A stretch of 64,000 nt of DNA from an uncultured virus (IMG/VR IMGVR_UViG_3300024500_000017) (lineage: Duplodnaviria > Heunggongvirae > Uroviricota > Caudoviricetes): the IMG/VR virus record IMGVR_UViG_3300024500_000017; one strand, 5' to 3'. This document shows positions 48,704-59,062 of this stretch, one piece after another. Position numbers and translations under genes: made by a program. Every line of letters begins with the position of its first letter. Within the stretch, counting starts at the first letter, position 1. The notes beneath the pieces are model-generated. The model worked only from the letters and a program-made list of their open reading frames with translations, made no database searches and was not told the DNA's origin.

Positions 48704-51205
48704 ATGAAAATAATAGATCCTTTAGCACAATCTTTTTATGTAGAACCTGACAGCGGTATTTTTGTAACTTCTGTTGATTTATATTTTTACTCCAGAGATG
48801 CGGAACTTCCAGTTACAGTTCAATTGAGACCAATGCAGTTGGGTGTACCTACAAATGAAGTTTATCCATTTGGAGAGGTTGTTATTGATCCAAAAAATGT
48901 AAACATTTCTGCGGACGCATCAGTTCCAACTAGAGTTACATTTGATTCGCCAATTTATTTGGCGGGAAAACAATTTCATGCTTTAGCCATACTTTCAAAT
49001 TCTAGTGTATATAATGTATGGATTGCTAGATTATCAGAAGTTGAAGTTAGTACTTCAAATCTTACAGAAGATCAACAAGTACTAGTTTCGAAGCAACCTC
49101 TGAGTGGATCTTTATTTAAATCGCAAAATGGATCTACTTGGACTCCAAGCCAATTGGAAGATTTAAAGTTTAAATTATACAGAGCAAATTTCGTTGGAAG
49201 TGGAAATATAAATTTCTATAATCCAGATCTAAGTGTTGGAAATGGTCAGGTTGCAACTTTAGTCAAGGATTCTTTAGAAATTGCATCTAAAAAAATTAAA
49301 GTAGGTATAGGAACAACTATTGCAGATTCAAAACTACCATCTCCAGGTAATACGATAATTCAACAAAATAGCAATGCAACTGGCAATTTTGTTGGATCAG
49401 CTGGTTCTGCATTTAGCACTTTAGGAATTATTAATTCTGGTATAGGTTATACTCCATCATCAGGCAGTTATCTTTTTACAAATGTTTCATTGAATAGTAT
49501 AACAGGTTCTGGAAGAGATGCCGCAGCAGATATAACAATATCCAATGGTGTTGCTGTCGCAGCAACAATTTCAAATGGAGGAACTGGTTATTCTGTTGGA
49601 GATGTTCTTGGTATTACTACTATTGGATCTAAAAACTTAGGTAGAAATTTAAGATTGTCGGTATCTCAAATTTCTGGCGTAAATGAATTAATAATAGATC
49701 AAGTGCAAGGAGAATATTTAACCGGAATAGGAAAAACTATTAGATTTATTAATAATTTAGGAATTACTACTGATTTAAATGGAACTGGTGGAAATGTTAC
49801 TATACCCACAGATGGTATAATAACTTTATCTGATGGACTACATTTAAAAGTTAATCATAAGAATCATGGAATGAACTCTGCAAATAATTTGGTTGCCGTT
49901 TCAAATGTAGTATCAGACTTAAAACCAACTAAATTATTTGCAAATTATTCAGCAACATCAAATGATGATATTCAAGTAGAAAGTGTAACAATCGCAAACT
50001 TTCAAACTTTTGAAAATGTATCGGTAGGAGCTACGAATCCAGGATATATTAAAATTGAAGATGAAATTATTTCTTATACAGGCGTAAATTCGACAACATC
50101 TCCACCAAAATTAACAGGAATTACAAGGGGTGTTGATCAAACTAAATCATTTATTCATGATGCAGGGAGTTTAATTTATAAGTATGAGTTGTCTGGAGTT
50201 TCTTTAAGAAGAATTAACAAAACTCATGATTTATCGAACGCCACTGTTTCTAATCCACTTGATTTGGATTACTATCATATAAAACTTGATATGTCCGATC
50301 AAAATTCTACAATGACGAATAGATCTACATCCACGGGACATCCAAAACTATTTTTAAATGAAACTAAATCAACTGGCGGAAGTTCTATAAACGCCACACA
50401 AAATATTCCTTTTGAACTTGCAAAACCAATAGTTCAAACTATGACATTAAGAGGAACTAATGTCAATGCATCAATCAGATCAGTTTCAGGAAGTAGCATA
50501 GGTGGAAATGAAATTTCATTCATAGATCAAGGTTTTGAGCAAATTAACTTGAATGCGACTAATTATTTTTCAACCCCAAGAGTCGTTTCTTCAAAAGTAA
50601 ATGAATCTTCAAAACTTACAAATTTACCAGCAAACAAATCATTCACTCTTAACTTAAATCTATCCACAACAAATGCATATATTTCTCCAGTGATTGATTT
50701 GGATAGAGTTGCTGTGATGTTTATTTCAAACAGAGTAAATAATCCAATATCAAACTATATAACTGACAATAGAACATCAACTTTAGAAGGAGATCCATCA
50801 TCATTTGTTTATGCAACTAAACCAATATCACTAGAGACTCCGGCATCATCTATTAAAGTTTATATGAATGCTTATATTAATACCCAAAATGATATCAGAT
50901 GTTTTTATTCAATTACAGATGATCCAAACTCGGAGATGATTTATTATCCATTCCCAGGATATAAAAACTTAACTTCAACTGGAGAAATTATTAATTTAGC
51001 AAACAATGATGGATCTCCAGATAAAATGGTATCAAAAACAGATGTCATTGGATTTGATGGTGATATTTTAGACTTTAGGGAGTATGAATTCACAATTGAT
51101 AATCTTCCACCATTTAGATATTTTGGTATTAAATTTGTTGGAACTTCAACAAATCAAGCATATCCACCTAGAGTTAAAGATTTAAGAGTTATTGCTTTAG
51201 CATGA
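48704..51205 (+). CDS. VrlC-like virion structural protein, C-terminal part
   Basis: Starts DPLAQSF, GSLFKSQNGSTW, ends PRVKDLRVIALA; late promoter AATAAATA at 48657. Confidence 0.8.
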   Translation: MKIIDPLAQSFYVEPDSGIFVTSVDLYFYSRDAELPVTVQLRPMQLGVPTNEVYPFGEVVIDPKNVNISADASVPTRVTFDSPIYLAGKQFHALAILSNSSVYNVWIARLSEVEVSTSNLTEDQQVLVSKQPLSGSLFKSQNGSTWTPSQLEDLKFKLYRANFVGSGNINFYNPDLSVGNGQVATLVKDSLEIASKKIKVGIGTTIADSKLPSPGNTIIQQNSNATGNFVGSAGSAFSTLGIINSGIGYTPSSGSYLFTNVSLNSITGSGRDAAADITISNGVAVAATISNGGTGYSVGDVLGITTIGSKNLGRNLRLSVSQISGVNELIIDQVQGEYLTGIGKTIRFINNLGITTDLNGTGGNVTIPTDGIITLSDGLHLKVNHKNHGMNSANNLVAVSNVVSDLKPTKLFANYSATSNDDIQVESVTIANFQTFENVSVGATNPGYIKIEDEIISYTGVNSTTSPPKLTGITRGVDQTKSFIHDAGSLIYKYELSGVSLRRINKTHDLSNATVSNPLDLDYYHIKLDMSDQNSTMTNRSTSTGHPKLFLNETKSTGGSSINATQNIPFELAKPIVQTMTLRGTNVNASIRSVSGSSIGGNEISFIDQGFEQINLNATNYFSTPRVVSSKVNESSKLTNLPANKSFTLNLNLSTTNAYISPVIDLDRVAVMFISNRVNNPISNYITDNRTSTLEGDPSSFVYATKPISLETPASSIKVYMNAYINTQNDIRCFYSITDDPNSEMIYYPFPGYKNLTSTGEIINLANNDGSPDKMVSKTDVIGFDGDILDFREYEFTIDNLPPFRYFGIKFVGTSTNQAYPPRVKDLRVIALA

Positions 51206-51211
51206 TAAACT

Positions 51212-51439
51212 ATGAGTCATTCAAAAATTACAGGCCATTCAAATTTAATAAGAGACGATAAAACTCAAGCGGTAGTTAATACTAGTATGTCAGATTACAA
51301 TGCGTATATTTTGCAAAAGAAATTAAAAGAAAAAGAGAATCTAAAAATACAATCCCTTGAAGAAAATGTTGCTAATATGAAAAGTGATCTTGATGAAATA
51401 AAAAGTTTACTAAGGAGTTTGTTAAATGAATCCAGATAG
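51212..51439 (+). CDS. small coiled-coil hypothetical protein
   Basis: GHSNLIRD..T.AVVN...LDEIKSLL. Confidence 0.8.
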   Translation: MSHSKITGHSNLIRDDKTQAVVNTSMSDYNAYILQKKLKEKENLKIQSLEENVANMKSDLDEIKSLLRSLLNESR

Positions 51440-51605
51440 TATAGAACTTGAAAATTTAAGCAAAAGTTTTGAATACTTTAAAGTTGCTTCAGAAATAGAT
51501 AGTATATCTAATATTGAAGATGCAAAAAATATTGCTAAATGTTATTATAAGTTATATTTAAAGCAACAAGAGGTTGTATCTCAACTTTTAATATCTAAAT
51601 CATAA
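51426..51605 (+). CDS. NblA-like small protein (59 aa)
   Basis: MNPDSIELENLSKSFEYFKVASEIDSISNIEDAKNIAKCYYKLYLKQQEVVSQLL; AAGGAG RBS; absent from the ORF track. Confidence 0.55.
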   Translation: MNPDSIELENLSKSFEYFKVASEIDSISNIEDAKNIAKCYYKLYLKQQEVVSQLLISKS

Positions 51606-51626
51606 ATATTTTAAAAGAGAAGATAA

Positions 51627-52475
51627 ATGTCGCAACCATCTACTAGACAAGAACTAATAGATTATTGTAAAAGAAAACTGGGGGCACCAGTTTTAGAAAT
51701 TAATGTTGCGGATGAGCAAATTGATGATCTAGTAGATGACGCCATTCAGTTTTTTCAAGAAAGACATTTTGATGGTGTATATCCTACATTTTATAAGTAC
51801 AAGATAAATCAAAATGATATTAATAGGGGCCGAGCAAGAGGTGGAACCGGACCTGCAGTAGGAATAGCATCAACAAGTGTTACAACAACTATAGTTGGGG
51901 TAACAACGACTTTTACATATGAAGAAAATAGTAATTATCTCCAAATTCCACCATCAGTATTAGGTGTAAATAAAATATTTCTTTTTGATAGTGCTAACAC
52001 TATTACCCATAATATGTTTAGCGTAAAGTATCAATTATTTTTAAATGATATTTACTATTGGGGTAGCACAGAACTATTATCTTATGCAATGGTAAAAACT
52101 TACCTTGAAGATTTAGATTTTCTTCTCAATACACAAAAACAAATTAGATTTAACAAAAGACAAGATAGATTATATTTAGATATTGATTGGTCAACTGTAA
52201 CTAATAATCAATACATTGTCATTGATTGCTATTCAGTTTTAGATCCAAATGATTACAGTAGAGTTTGGAATGATTCTTTTGTGAAACCATATTTAACATC
52301 ATTAATCAAGAGACAGTGGGGACAAAATATGATGAAATTTACTGGAGTCAAACTTCCAGGTGGAGTTGAATTAAATGGCAGACAAATGTACGATGACGCT
52401 CAAAGAGAAATTGACATTTTAATGGAAAAAATGTCTAACACTTATGAACTTCCACCATTAGATATGATAGGATAA
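51627..52475 (+). CDS. g13: neck protein gp13
   Basis: RKLGAPVLEINV, KRQWGQN, LPGGVELNG; late promoter at 51601. Confidence 0.93.
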   Translation: MSQPSTRQELIDYCKRKLGAPVLEINVADEQIDDLVDDAIQFFQERHFDGVYPTFYKYKINQNDINRGRARGGTGPAVGIASTSVTTTIVGVTTTFTYEENSNYLQIPPSVLGVNKIFLFDSANTITHNMFSVKYQLFLNDIYYWGSTELLSYAMVKTYLEDLDFLLNTQKQIRFNKRQDRLYLDIDWSTVTNNQYIVIDCYSVLDPNDYSRVWNDSFVKPYLTSLIKRQWGQNMMKFTGVKLPGGVELNGRQMYDDAQREIDILMEKMSNTYELPPLDMIG

Positions 52476-52478
52476 GAT

Positions 52479-53855
52479 ATGCTCAATCCATTTTTTCTTC
52501 AAGGATCTAGAACAGAGCAAGATCTTATCCAAGATCTAATAAATGAACAATTAAGGATGTATGGTGTTGAAATTTATTATTTACCAAGAGCATATATCAC
52601 AGAAAAAACAATAATAAAGGAAGTTATAGAATCAAAATTTCAAAATGCTTTTCCTTTAGAGGCATATCTTAATAGCTATGAAGGGTATAGTGGCGCAGGA
52701 ACTATACTATCAAAATTTGGAATTCAAGAATTAGATGATTTAAATTTGATTATTTCTAAAGAGAGATTTGAGAATTACATATCTCCTCTCATAAAAAATA
52801 TGACAGATGTAAAATTATCAACCAGACCAAAAGAAGGAGATTTGATTTATTTTCCGTTAGGGGATAGATTATTCGAAATTAAATATGTTGAACATGAACA
52901 ACCATTCTATCAACTTCAAAAAAATTATGTATACGAATTAAGATGTGAATTGTTTAGATATGAAGATGAAGTTGTTGATACTACTATAGAACAAATAGAC
53001 GATAATATACAAGATCAAGGATACATTCAAACACTAACTTTGGTTGGATCTGCATCAACTGCAACAGCAGCTGCTACTATAGTAAATGGTGGAATTAGAT
53101 TTGTAAGAATTACAAATAGAGGTAATGGTTATACATCCGTACCAAAAGTTGCAATATCATCAGCGCCATCAGGAGGAACTACGGCAGTTGGTATTGCAAC
53201 AATGATTGGTGGATTAATAGATTGTAATGGAACTAGTTCCTTAAAAGTTCAAGGAGTTCAACTTAGCAATTCTGGAGCTGGTTACACAGTGGCACCAAGT
53301 GTTGTGTTTGTCGGAGGTGGCGGTGCGGGAGCAGCAGCAACAGCAGTCATTGGTAATGGTATAGTTGGAGTAGTTACAGTAACAAGTGGTGGGTCTGGAT
53401 ACACTACTTCACCATCAGTCACCTTTAGTGGTCCTGGTATAGGAACAACTGCCAAAGGTTATGCAGTAATAAACTCAAGTGGATCAATAACTCAGATAAG
53501 ACTCATAGATGCTGGAATAGGTTATACATCAAATCCAACAATAACTATCGAATCTTCACCAACTTCCGGAATCGGAACTTATATTTTTAATGAATTGGTA
53601 ACTGGATCTATTACTAATACAACAGCAAAAGTAAATTCTTGGAACGCAGTCACTAAAGAATTAAAAGTACATAAAATATCTGGAACCTTCAAAACAGGAG
53701 AAAGAATAGTTGGCGCAAAAAGTGGAGCTTCTTATCAATTAAGAATTGAAGATTCTTATAATAAAACAGATCCATATGCTCAAAATGAAGAGATAGAAGG
53801 TGAATCTGATTTAATAATAGACTTTACTGAAAGTAATCCATTCGGAAATCCATAA
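52479..53855 (+). CDS. g14: neck protein gp14 with inserted GxGYT-repeat region
   Basis: EQDLIQDLINE, RPKEGDLIYFP, FYQLQK, DFTESNPFG. Confidence 0.9.
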   Translation: MLNPFFLQGSRTEQDLIQDLINEQLRMYGVEIYYLPRAYITEKTIIKEVIESKFQNAFPLEAYLNSYEGYSGAGTILSKFGIQELDDLNLIISKERFENYISPLIKNMTDVKLSTRPKEGDLIYFPLGDRLFEIKYVEHEQPFYQLQKNYVYELRCELFRYEDEVVDTTIEQIDDNIQDQGYIQTLTLVGSASTATAAATIVNGGIRFVRITNRGNGYTSVPKVAISSAPSGGTTAVGIATMIGGLIDCNGTSSLKVQGVQLSNSGAGYTVAPSVVFVGGGGAGAAATAVIGNGIVGVVTVTSGGSGYTTSPSVTFSGPGIGTTAKGYAVINSSGSITQIRLIDAGIGYTSNPTITIESSPTSGIGTYIFNELVTGSITNTTAKVNSWNAVTKELKVHKISGTFKTGERIVGAKSGASYQLRIEDSYNKTDPYAQNEEIEGESDLIIDFTESNPFGNP

Positions 53856-53904
53856 ATAATTAAATTCATATCTAAATTGAATTTACCAAATAGATTTTTT
53901 TAAA

Positions 53905-54906
53905 ATGTTTGAGTATTTTTATCACGAAATATTAAGAAGAACTGTAGTTTCCTTTGGGTCTCTTTTTAACAATATTTCTATCAAACACACAAATAACAAT
54001 GATAACACGGTTAGTGTTATTAAAGTTCCTTTGGCATATGGACCAACACAGAAATTTTTAGCAAGAATTGAGCAATCACCAGACCTCAATAAACCAATTC
54101 AAATAAGTTTACCTAGAATGTCATTTGAATTGGTTGGATTGTCATACGATTCATCAAGAAAAGCGACAACTACTCAAACATTTTTAACAACTTCAGTAAC
54201 CGATAAAACCCAACAAAAAAAGTCATATTTACCAGTTCCATATAATTTAGATTTTGAAGTTAGTATATTCACTAAGTTGAATGATGATATGCTTCAAATT
54301 ATTGAGCAAATTTTACCATATTTTCAACCAGCTTATACGATGACAATTGACTTAGTAGAACAAATTGGGGAAAAAAGAGATATTCCCGTTGTATTGAATA
54401 GTATTTCAATGTCCGATGATTATGAGGGTGACTTTTCTACTAGAAGATCATTAATTTATACTTTGAGATTTACTGCAAAAACATATCTTTTTGGTCCTAT
54501 TTCTTCTGCTTCTTCGGATGTTATCAGAAGAGTTTCTATTGGACTTATTTCTGGAGATACTACAAAAACTCCAACAAGAGAAATTGTTTACAGTGTTGAA
54601 CCTAGAGCAACTAAAAATTATACTGGCCAAATAACTACTAATTTATCTGTTGATGTATCCGCAACAGATACATCAATTTCGGTTAATGACTCATCAAATA
54701 TTAGTAGTAATACTTACATCTACATTGATGAGGAAGAAATGTTAGTGAAATCAAAAACTGGTAATGTTTTAACCGTTGTAAGAGGTGCTGATAAAACTGT
54801 TGCATCTGCTCATGTTTTAGGTTCTCCAGTTAAAAAGATAACAGATGCTGATGACGCTCTAATACAAGTGGGAGATGATTTTGGATTTAGTGGTACAATA
54901 TCATGA
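53905..54906 (+). CDS. g15: tail terminator / sheath stabilizer gp15
   Basis: VPLAYGP.QKFLAR, LPRMSFE, QIIEQILPYFQP; late promoter at 53851. Confidence 0.93.
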   Translation: MFEYFYHEILRRTVVSFGSLFNNISIKHTNNNDNTVSVIKVPLAYGPTQKFLARIEQSPDLNKPIQISLPRMSFELVGLSYDSSRKATTTQTFLTTSVTDKTQQKKSYLPVPYNLDFEVSIFTKLNDDMLQIIEQILPYFQPAYTMTIDLVEQIGEKRDIPVVLNSISMSDDYEGDFSTRRSLIYTLRFTAKTYLFGPISSASSDVIRRVSIGLISGDTTKTPTREIVYSVEPRATKNYTGQITTNLSVDVSATDTSISVNDSSNISSNTYIYIDEEEMLVKSKTGNVLTVVRGADKTVASAHVLGSPVKKITDADDALIQVGDDFGFSGTIS

Positions 54907-55337
54907 AAATGACAAAAAAATTTAAAGACTTAAATGAAACTTTTAATGTTTCTACTGAGATAGTAAAAAATCCAGAAGTAGTTGAAGAAAAAATAGAAAC
55001 CATTAATAATGCAAATAACGACATAAAAAAAGATTATGAATACACTAGAGGTAACTTGTATTCATTGATTGAGAAAGGTCAAGAAGCAATTAATGGTATT
55101 TTAGAATTAGCTCAAGAAAGTGAAATGCCTAGAGCATATGAAGTTGCGGGACAGTTAATTAAAAATGTTGCTGATGCAACAGACAAATTAATGGACTTGC
55201 AAAAGAAGATAAAAGATATTGAAGAAGACAAACCAAAAGGTCCAACTACAGTAAATAATGCACTTTTTGTCGGTTCTACTGCAGAATTAGCAAAGTTATT
55301 AAAACAACAAAGTTCTGAAGGGTCTCTAGACCAATAA
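54903..55337 (+). CDS. g16: terminase small subunit gp16
   Basis: DYEYTRGNLY, PRAYEVAGQLIK, NNALFVGSTAEL. Confidence 0.9.
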   Translation: MKMTKKFKDLNETFNVSTEIVKNPEVVEEKIETINNANNDIKKDYEYTRGNLYSLIEKGQEAINGILELAQESEMPRAYEVAGQLIKNVADATDKLMDLQKKIKDIEEDKPKGPTTVNNALFVGSTAELAKLLKQQSSEGSLDQ

Positions 55338-55359
55338 ATAGAAAAAATACTATCGGTCG

Positions 55360-57348
55360 ATGTCTAAATTTAAGTCCCATAAAACAGTTGAGCAAATTGC
55401 AAAGAAACATCGTCTTGATGTTTCTTTTATACAAAGACAACTTGATATGGGAGAACCAATTGAGCATGAGCATACTAAAGACCACGATCTTGCCCGTGAT
55501 ATTGCTTTACAACATCTCGACGAAATTCCAGATTATTATACTCGTTTGAAAAAAATGGAAGCAGATGCTAAAAAGCACCACAAAAAATTTAAAGATGTTA
55601 CTGAAGAAGGTCTTCGCGATTGGTTTGGCAAATCCAAATCAAAGGATGGAAAATCTGGATGGGTAAATGTTGTAACTGGTGGAACTTGTGCAAGCGATGA
55701 ACCAGGTGAGGGAACACCAAAATGTGTTTCTTCATCAAAAAGAGCAAGTATGACTAAAGCACAAAGACTTTCTGCAGCAAGAAGAAAAAAAGCAGCAGAT
55801 CCAGGTCAGCAGCAAAAAACAGGAGCTGCAAAACCAACATATGTTTCTACAGATAAACCAGAAAAATCTGTTAAAGAAGATTGGTCCGATAAATATAAAA
55901 AATCTATAGATTGTGACAACCCTAAAGGATTTTCTCAGAGAGCTCATTGTCAAGGAAGGAAGAAAAAAATGAATGAAGAATCTGATAAAAAAGGAAAAGG
56001 TAGTGGAAAAAAGGACGCTTGTTATCATAAAGTAAAATCTAGATATGATGTTTGGCCTAGTGCATATGCATCTGGAGCATTAGTAAAATGCCGTAAAGTT
56101 GGTGCTGCAAATTGGGGGACTAAATCAGAAGAAACTGCACATGAAGAAGAAAGATATTGTCCTTTATGTGATAAAAGAGAAACAAGATCTGAATGTTCTT
56201 ATGGCGAAAAAGCATGGGATAAGGTTTCTGTAAAAGATCAAGAATATTCAATGGCTAGATCTGAACTTAAAAATATTATTGATGCTGCTAAAAGACTTGA
56301 AAAGAAGGTAGGTAAAGGTGAAGGATCTTTAGAAGCATGGGTTCAATCAAAGATTACCAAAGCAGCAGATTATATTGATACTGCAGCAGATTATGTTGCA
56401 AGTGGAGAAATGGAAGAATCTTTTGGATTTACCATTGATCCGTCATCACATAAAACTGCAAGAAAAAGAGAAAAAATAAGGTCTTTAGCAAAAAGCGGTG
56501 TTGGAGGAGAAAAGGAAGTTGCTTCTAAAAAATTGGGTCCAACTCCAGAACTTCCAAAAATTAAAGAACAAACCTTAGTTGATAAAATTACAAATGAATT
56601 TGTGGTAGAAAAATGTTGGCCTGGTTATAAAAAGAAAGGTATGAAAACAATGTTTGGAAAGCGTTATCCAAACTGCGTAAAGGCGGAAGATGTAACCATA
56701 GAGGATGCTGAAGGGAATACTTTTGCGGAAGTTGTTGATTTAATTCAACCAGAACCAATTAAAGGTTTTAAGACTCAAATAGAAATAGATGAAGCAACAA
56801 GACTTCAGGCGCAAACTGGCAATGTGATTGCAGTCACTCTTTCTTGGAGAGGTAAATATTATGCAATGAAGATGTTTTTCCCCCAGGTAAAAATTCCTTC
56901 AAGAAAAGAAATTAATAGCGAACTTCAAAAAGTTTATCCGGGATCAATGGTTGTTTACCATTCAGTTTCCGAGATTCAACCAGGACAACCATTAATTCAA
57001 GCATTTGGACCTCAGGGAGGCAGTGCAGCAAAACCAGGTCCAAGTAAAAATTATGTAAAAACTATGGGAGAAGAAGTTGAAATTGATGAAGATTGGCAAT
57101 CAGTAAATCGTAAAGATAAAACTGATGGTCTTAGTCAAAAAGCAGTAAATGCTTATCGTCGTGAGAATCCAGGTTCAAAACTTCAAACTGCAGTAACTGA
57201 AAAAAATCCAACAGGAAAAAGAGCGCAGAGGAGAAAAAATTTTTGCAGTCGTATGTCTGGAATGAAAAAAAGATTAACCTCAGCAGAAACCGCAAGGGAT
57301 CCAGATTCAAGGATCAATAAAGCACTTCGTCGTTGGAATTGTAACTAA
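55360..57348 (+). CDS. modular basic late protein (662 aa), candidate head-packaged polyprotein
   Basis: Chain of small Cys/Lys-rich modules separated by acidic (I/V/M)-x-E linkers; late promoter at 55333. Confidence 0.7.
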   Translation: MSKFKSHKTVEQIAKKHRLDVSFIQRQLDMGEPIEHEHTKDHDLARDIALQHLDEIPDYYTRLKKMEADAKKHHKKFKDVTEEGLRDWFGKSKSKDGKSGWVNVVTGGTCASDEPGEGTPKCVSSSKRASMTKAQRLSAARRKKAADPGQQQKTGAAKPTYVSTDKPEKSVKEDWSDKYKKSIDCDNPKGFSQRAHCQGRKKKMNEESDKKGKGSGKKDACYHKVKSRYDVWPSAYASGALVKCRKVGAANWGTKSEETAHEEERYCPLCDKRETRSECSYGEKAWDKVSVKDQEYSMARSELKNIIDAAKRLEKKVGKGEGSLEAWVQSKITKAADYIDTAADYVASGEMEESFGFTIDPSSHKTARKREKIRSLAKSGVGGEKEVASKKLGPTPELPKIKEQTLVDKITNEFVVEKCWPGYKKKGMKTMFGKRYPNCVKAEDVTIEDAEGNTFAEVVDLIQPEPIKGFKTQIEIDEATRLQAQTGNVIAVTLSWRGKYYAMKMFFPQVKIPSRKEINSELQKVYPGSMVVYHSVSEIQPGQPLIQAFGPQGGSAAKPGPSKNYVKTMGEEVEIDEDWQSVNRKDKTDGLSQKAVNAYRRENPGSKLQTAVTEKNPTGKRAQRRKNFCSRMSGMKKRLTSAETARDPDSRINKALRRWNCN

Positions 57349-57363
57349 TAAGTAGAGTTTATT

Positions 57364-59010
57364 ATGTCAAATGATGTTTATCTTGGTAATCCGCTTCTAA
57401 AAAAAGCAAATACGCCAATTGAATTTACCCAAGAACAAATTCTTGAATTTGTTAAGTGTAAGGATGACCCAGTTTATTTTGCAAATAATTATGTAAAAAT
57501 TGTGACCTTGGATCATGGTTTACAAACTTTTAAACCATATCACTTCCAAGAGAAATTAATTAATAATTTCCATAACCACAGATTTAATATCTGTAAGATG
57601 CCTAGGCAAACAGGTAAGTCAACTACCGTAGTGTCTTTCCTGCTCCACTATGCGGTGTTTAACGACAATGTTAACATAGGTATCCTTGCAAACAAAGCAG
57701 CGACTGCCAGGGAGCTCCTAGATAGGTTACAGACCGCTTATGAAAACTTACCCAAGTGGATGCAGCAAGGAATTATATCTTGGAATAAAGGTTCTCTAGA
57801 ACTTGAGAATGGTTCCAAGATTTTAGCAGCATCTACATCAGCTTCTGCTGTTCGAGGAATGTCATTTAACATTCTATTCTTGGACGAATTTGCGTTCGTT
57901 CCAAATCATATTGCAGACTCATTCTTTGCCTCGGTATATCCAACAATTACTTCTGGTAAACAAACTAAAGTTATTATAGTTTCTACTCCACATGGTATGA
58001 ATCATTTCTACCGAATGTGGCACGATGCAGAGAAAGGTAAAAATGAATATGTTTTCACTGATGTTCATTGGTCGGAAGTTCCAGGTAGAGACGAAGCATG
58101 GAAAGCCCAGACTATTGCAAATACAAGTGAACAACAATTCAAAGTTGAGTTTGAATGTGAATTTTTAGGGTCTGTTGATACTCTTATTGCACCAAGCAAA
58201 CTGAGATCTTTAGTTTATGATCATCCCAAAACACGTAGTGCTGGGTTGGATGTTTATGTTGATCCAGAAGAAAATCATGATTATTTAATTACTGTTGATG
58301 TTGCTAGAGGTGTTGGAAATGATTATTCTGCCTTCACCGTAGTTGATATAACACAATTTCCACATAAAGTTGTTGCAAAATATAGAAACAATGAAATAAA
58401 ACCAATGCTCTTCCCAAGCATCATTCAGGAAACAGCAGTGGCATATAATAGTGCATATATTTTATGTGAAGTAAATGATGTTGGAGATCAAGTTGCAAGT
58501 ATTCTTCAATACGATTTAGAATATAATAATTTGCTTATGTGCTCTATGAGAGGTAGAGCGGGTCAAATTGTAGGGCAAGGTTTTTCTGGAAAGAAAACTC
58601 AACTAGGCGTTAAGATGTCTAAAACTGTAAAAAAAGTTGGATGTCTTAATTTAAAGACTATGATTGAAGAAAATAAATTATATTTAAATGACTATGAAAT
58701 AATTAGTGAGCTAACCACTTTTATTCAAAAACATAATTCATTTGAAGCAGAAGAAGGATGCAATGATGACCTTGCAATGTGTTTGGTCATTTATGCCTGG
58801 TTGGTTGCTCAAGACTATTTTAAAGAACTTACGGATCAAGATGTAAGAAAAAGACTATATGAAGAACAAAAAAATCAAATTGAACAGGATATGTCGCCTT
58901 TTGGGTTTATATCTGATGGTCTAGATAATGAAAGTTTTGTTGACTCGGATGGCGATCGATGGTTCGTAGATGAATATGGGGATAGATCTTACATGTGGGA
59001 GTATATGTAA
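57364..59010 (+). CDS. g17: terminase large subunit gp17
   Basis: PRQTGKST Walker A, LFLDEFAF Walker B, DVARG, NDDLAM nuclease motifs. Confidence 0.97.
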   Translation: MSNDVYLGNPLLKKANTPIEFTQEQILEFVKCKDDPVYFANNYVKIVTLDHGLQTFKPYHFQEKLINNFHNHRFNICKMPRQTGKSTTVVSFLLHYAVFNDNVNIGILANKAATARELLDRLQTAYENLPKWMQQGIISWNKGSLELENGSKILAASTSASAVRGMSFNILFLDEFAFVPNHIADSFFASVYPTITSGKQTKVIIVSTPHGMNHFYRMWHDAEKGKNEYVFTDVHWSEVPGRDEAWKAQTIANTSEQQFKVEFECEFLGSVDTLIAPSKLRSLVYDHPKTRSAGLDVYVDPEENHDYLITVDVARGVGNDYSAFTVVDITQFPHKVVAKYRNNEIKPMLFPSIIQETAVAYNSAYILCEVNDVGDQVASILQYDLEYNNLLMCSMRGRAGQIVGQGFSGKKTQLGVKMSKTVKKVGCLNLKTMIEENKLYLNDYEIISELTTFIQKHNSFEAEEGCNDDLAMCLVIYAWLVAQDYFKELTDQDVRKRLYEEQKNQIEQDMSPFGFISDGLDNESFVDSDGDRWFVDEYGDRSYMWEYM

Positions 59011-59062
59011 ATCAATTTTTTAATAAATATTTTTTAGATAAACTGAGATTACGGAGAAAAAC

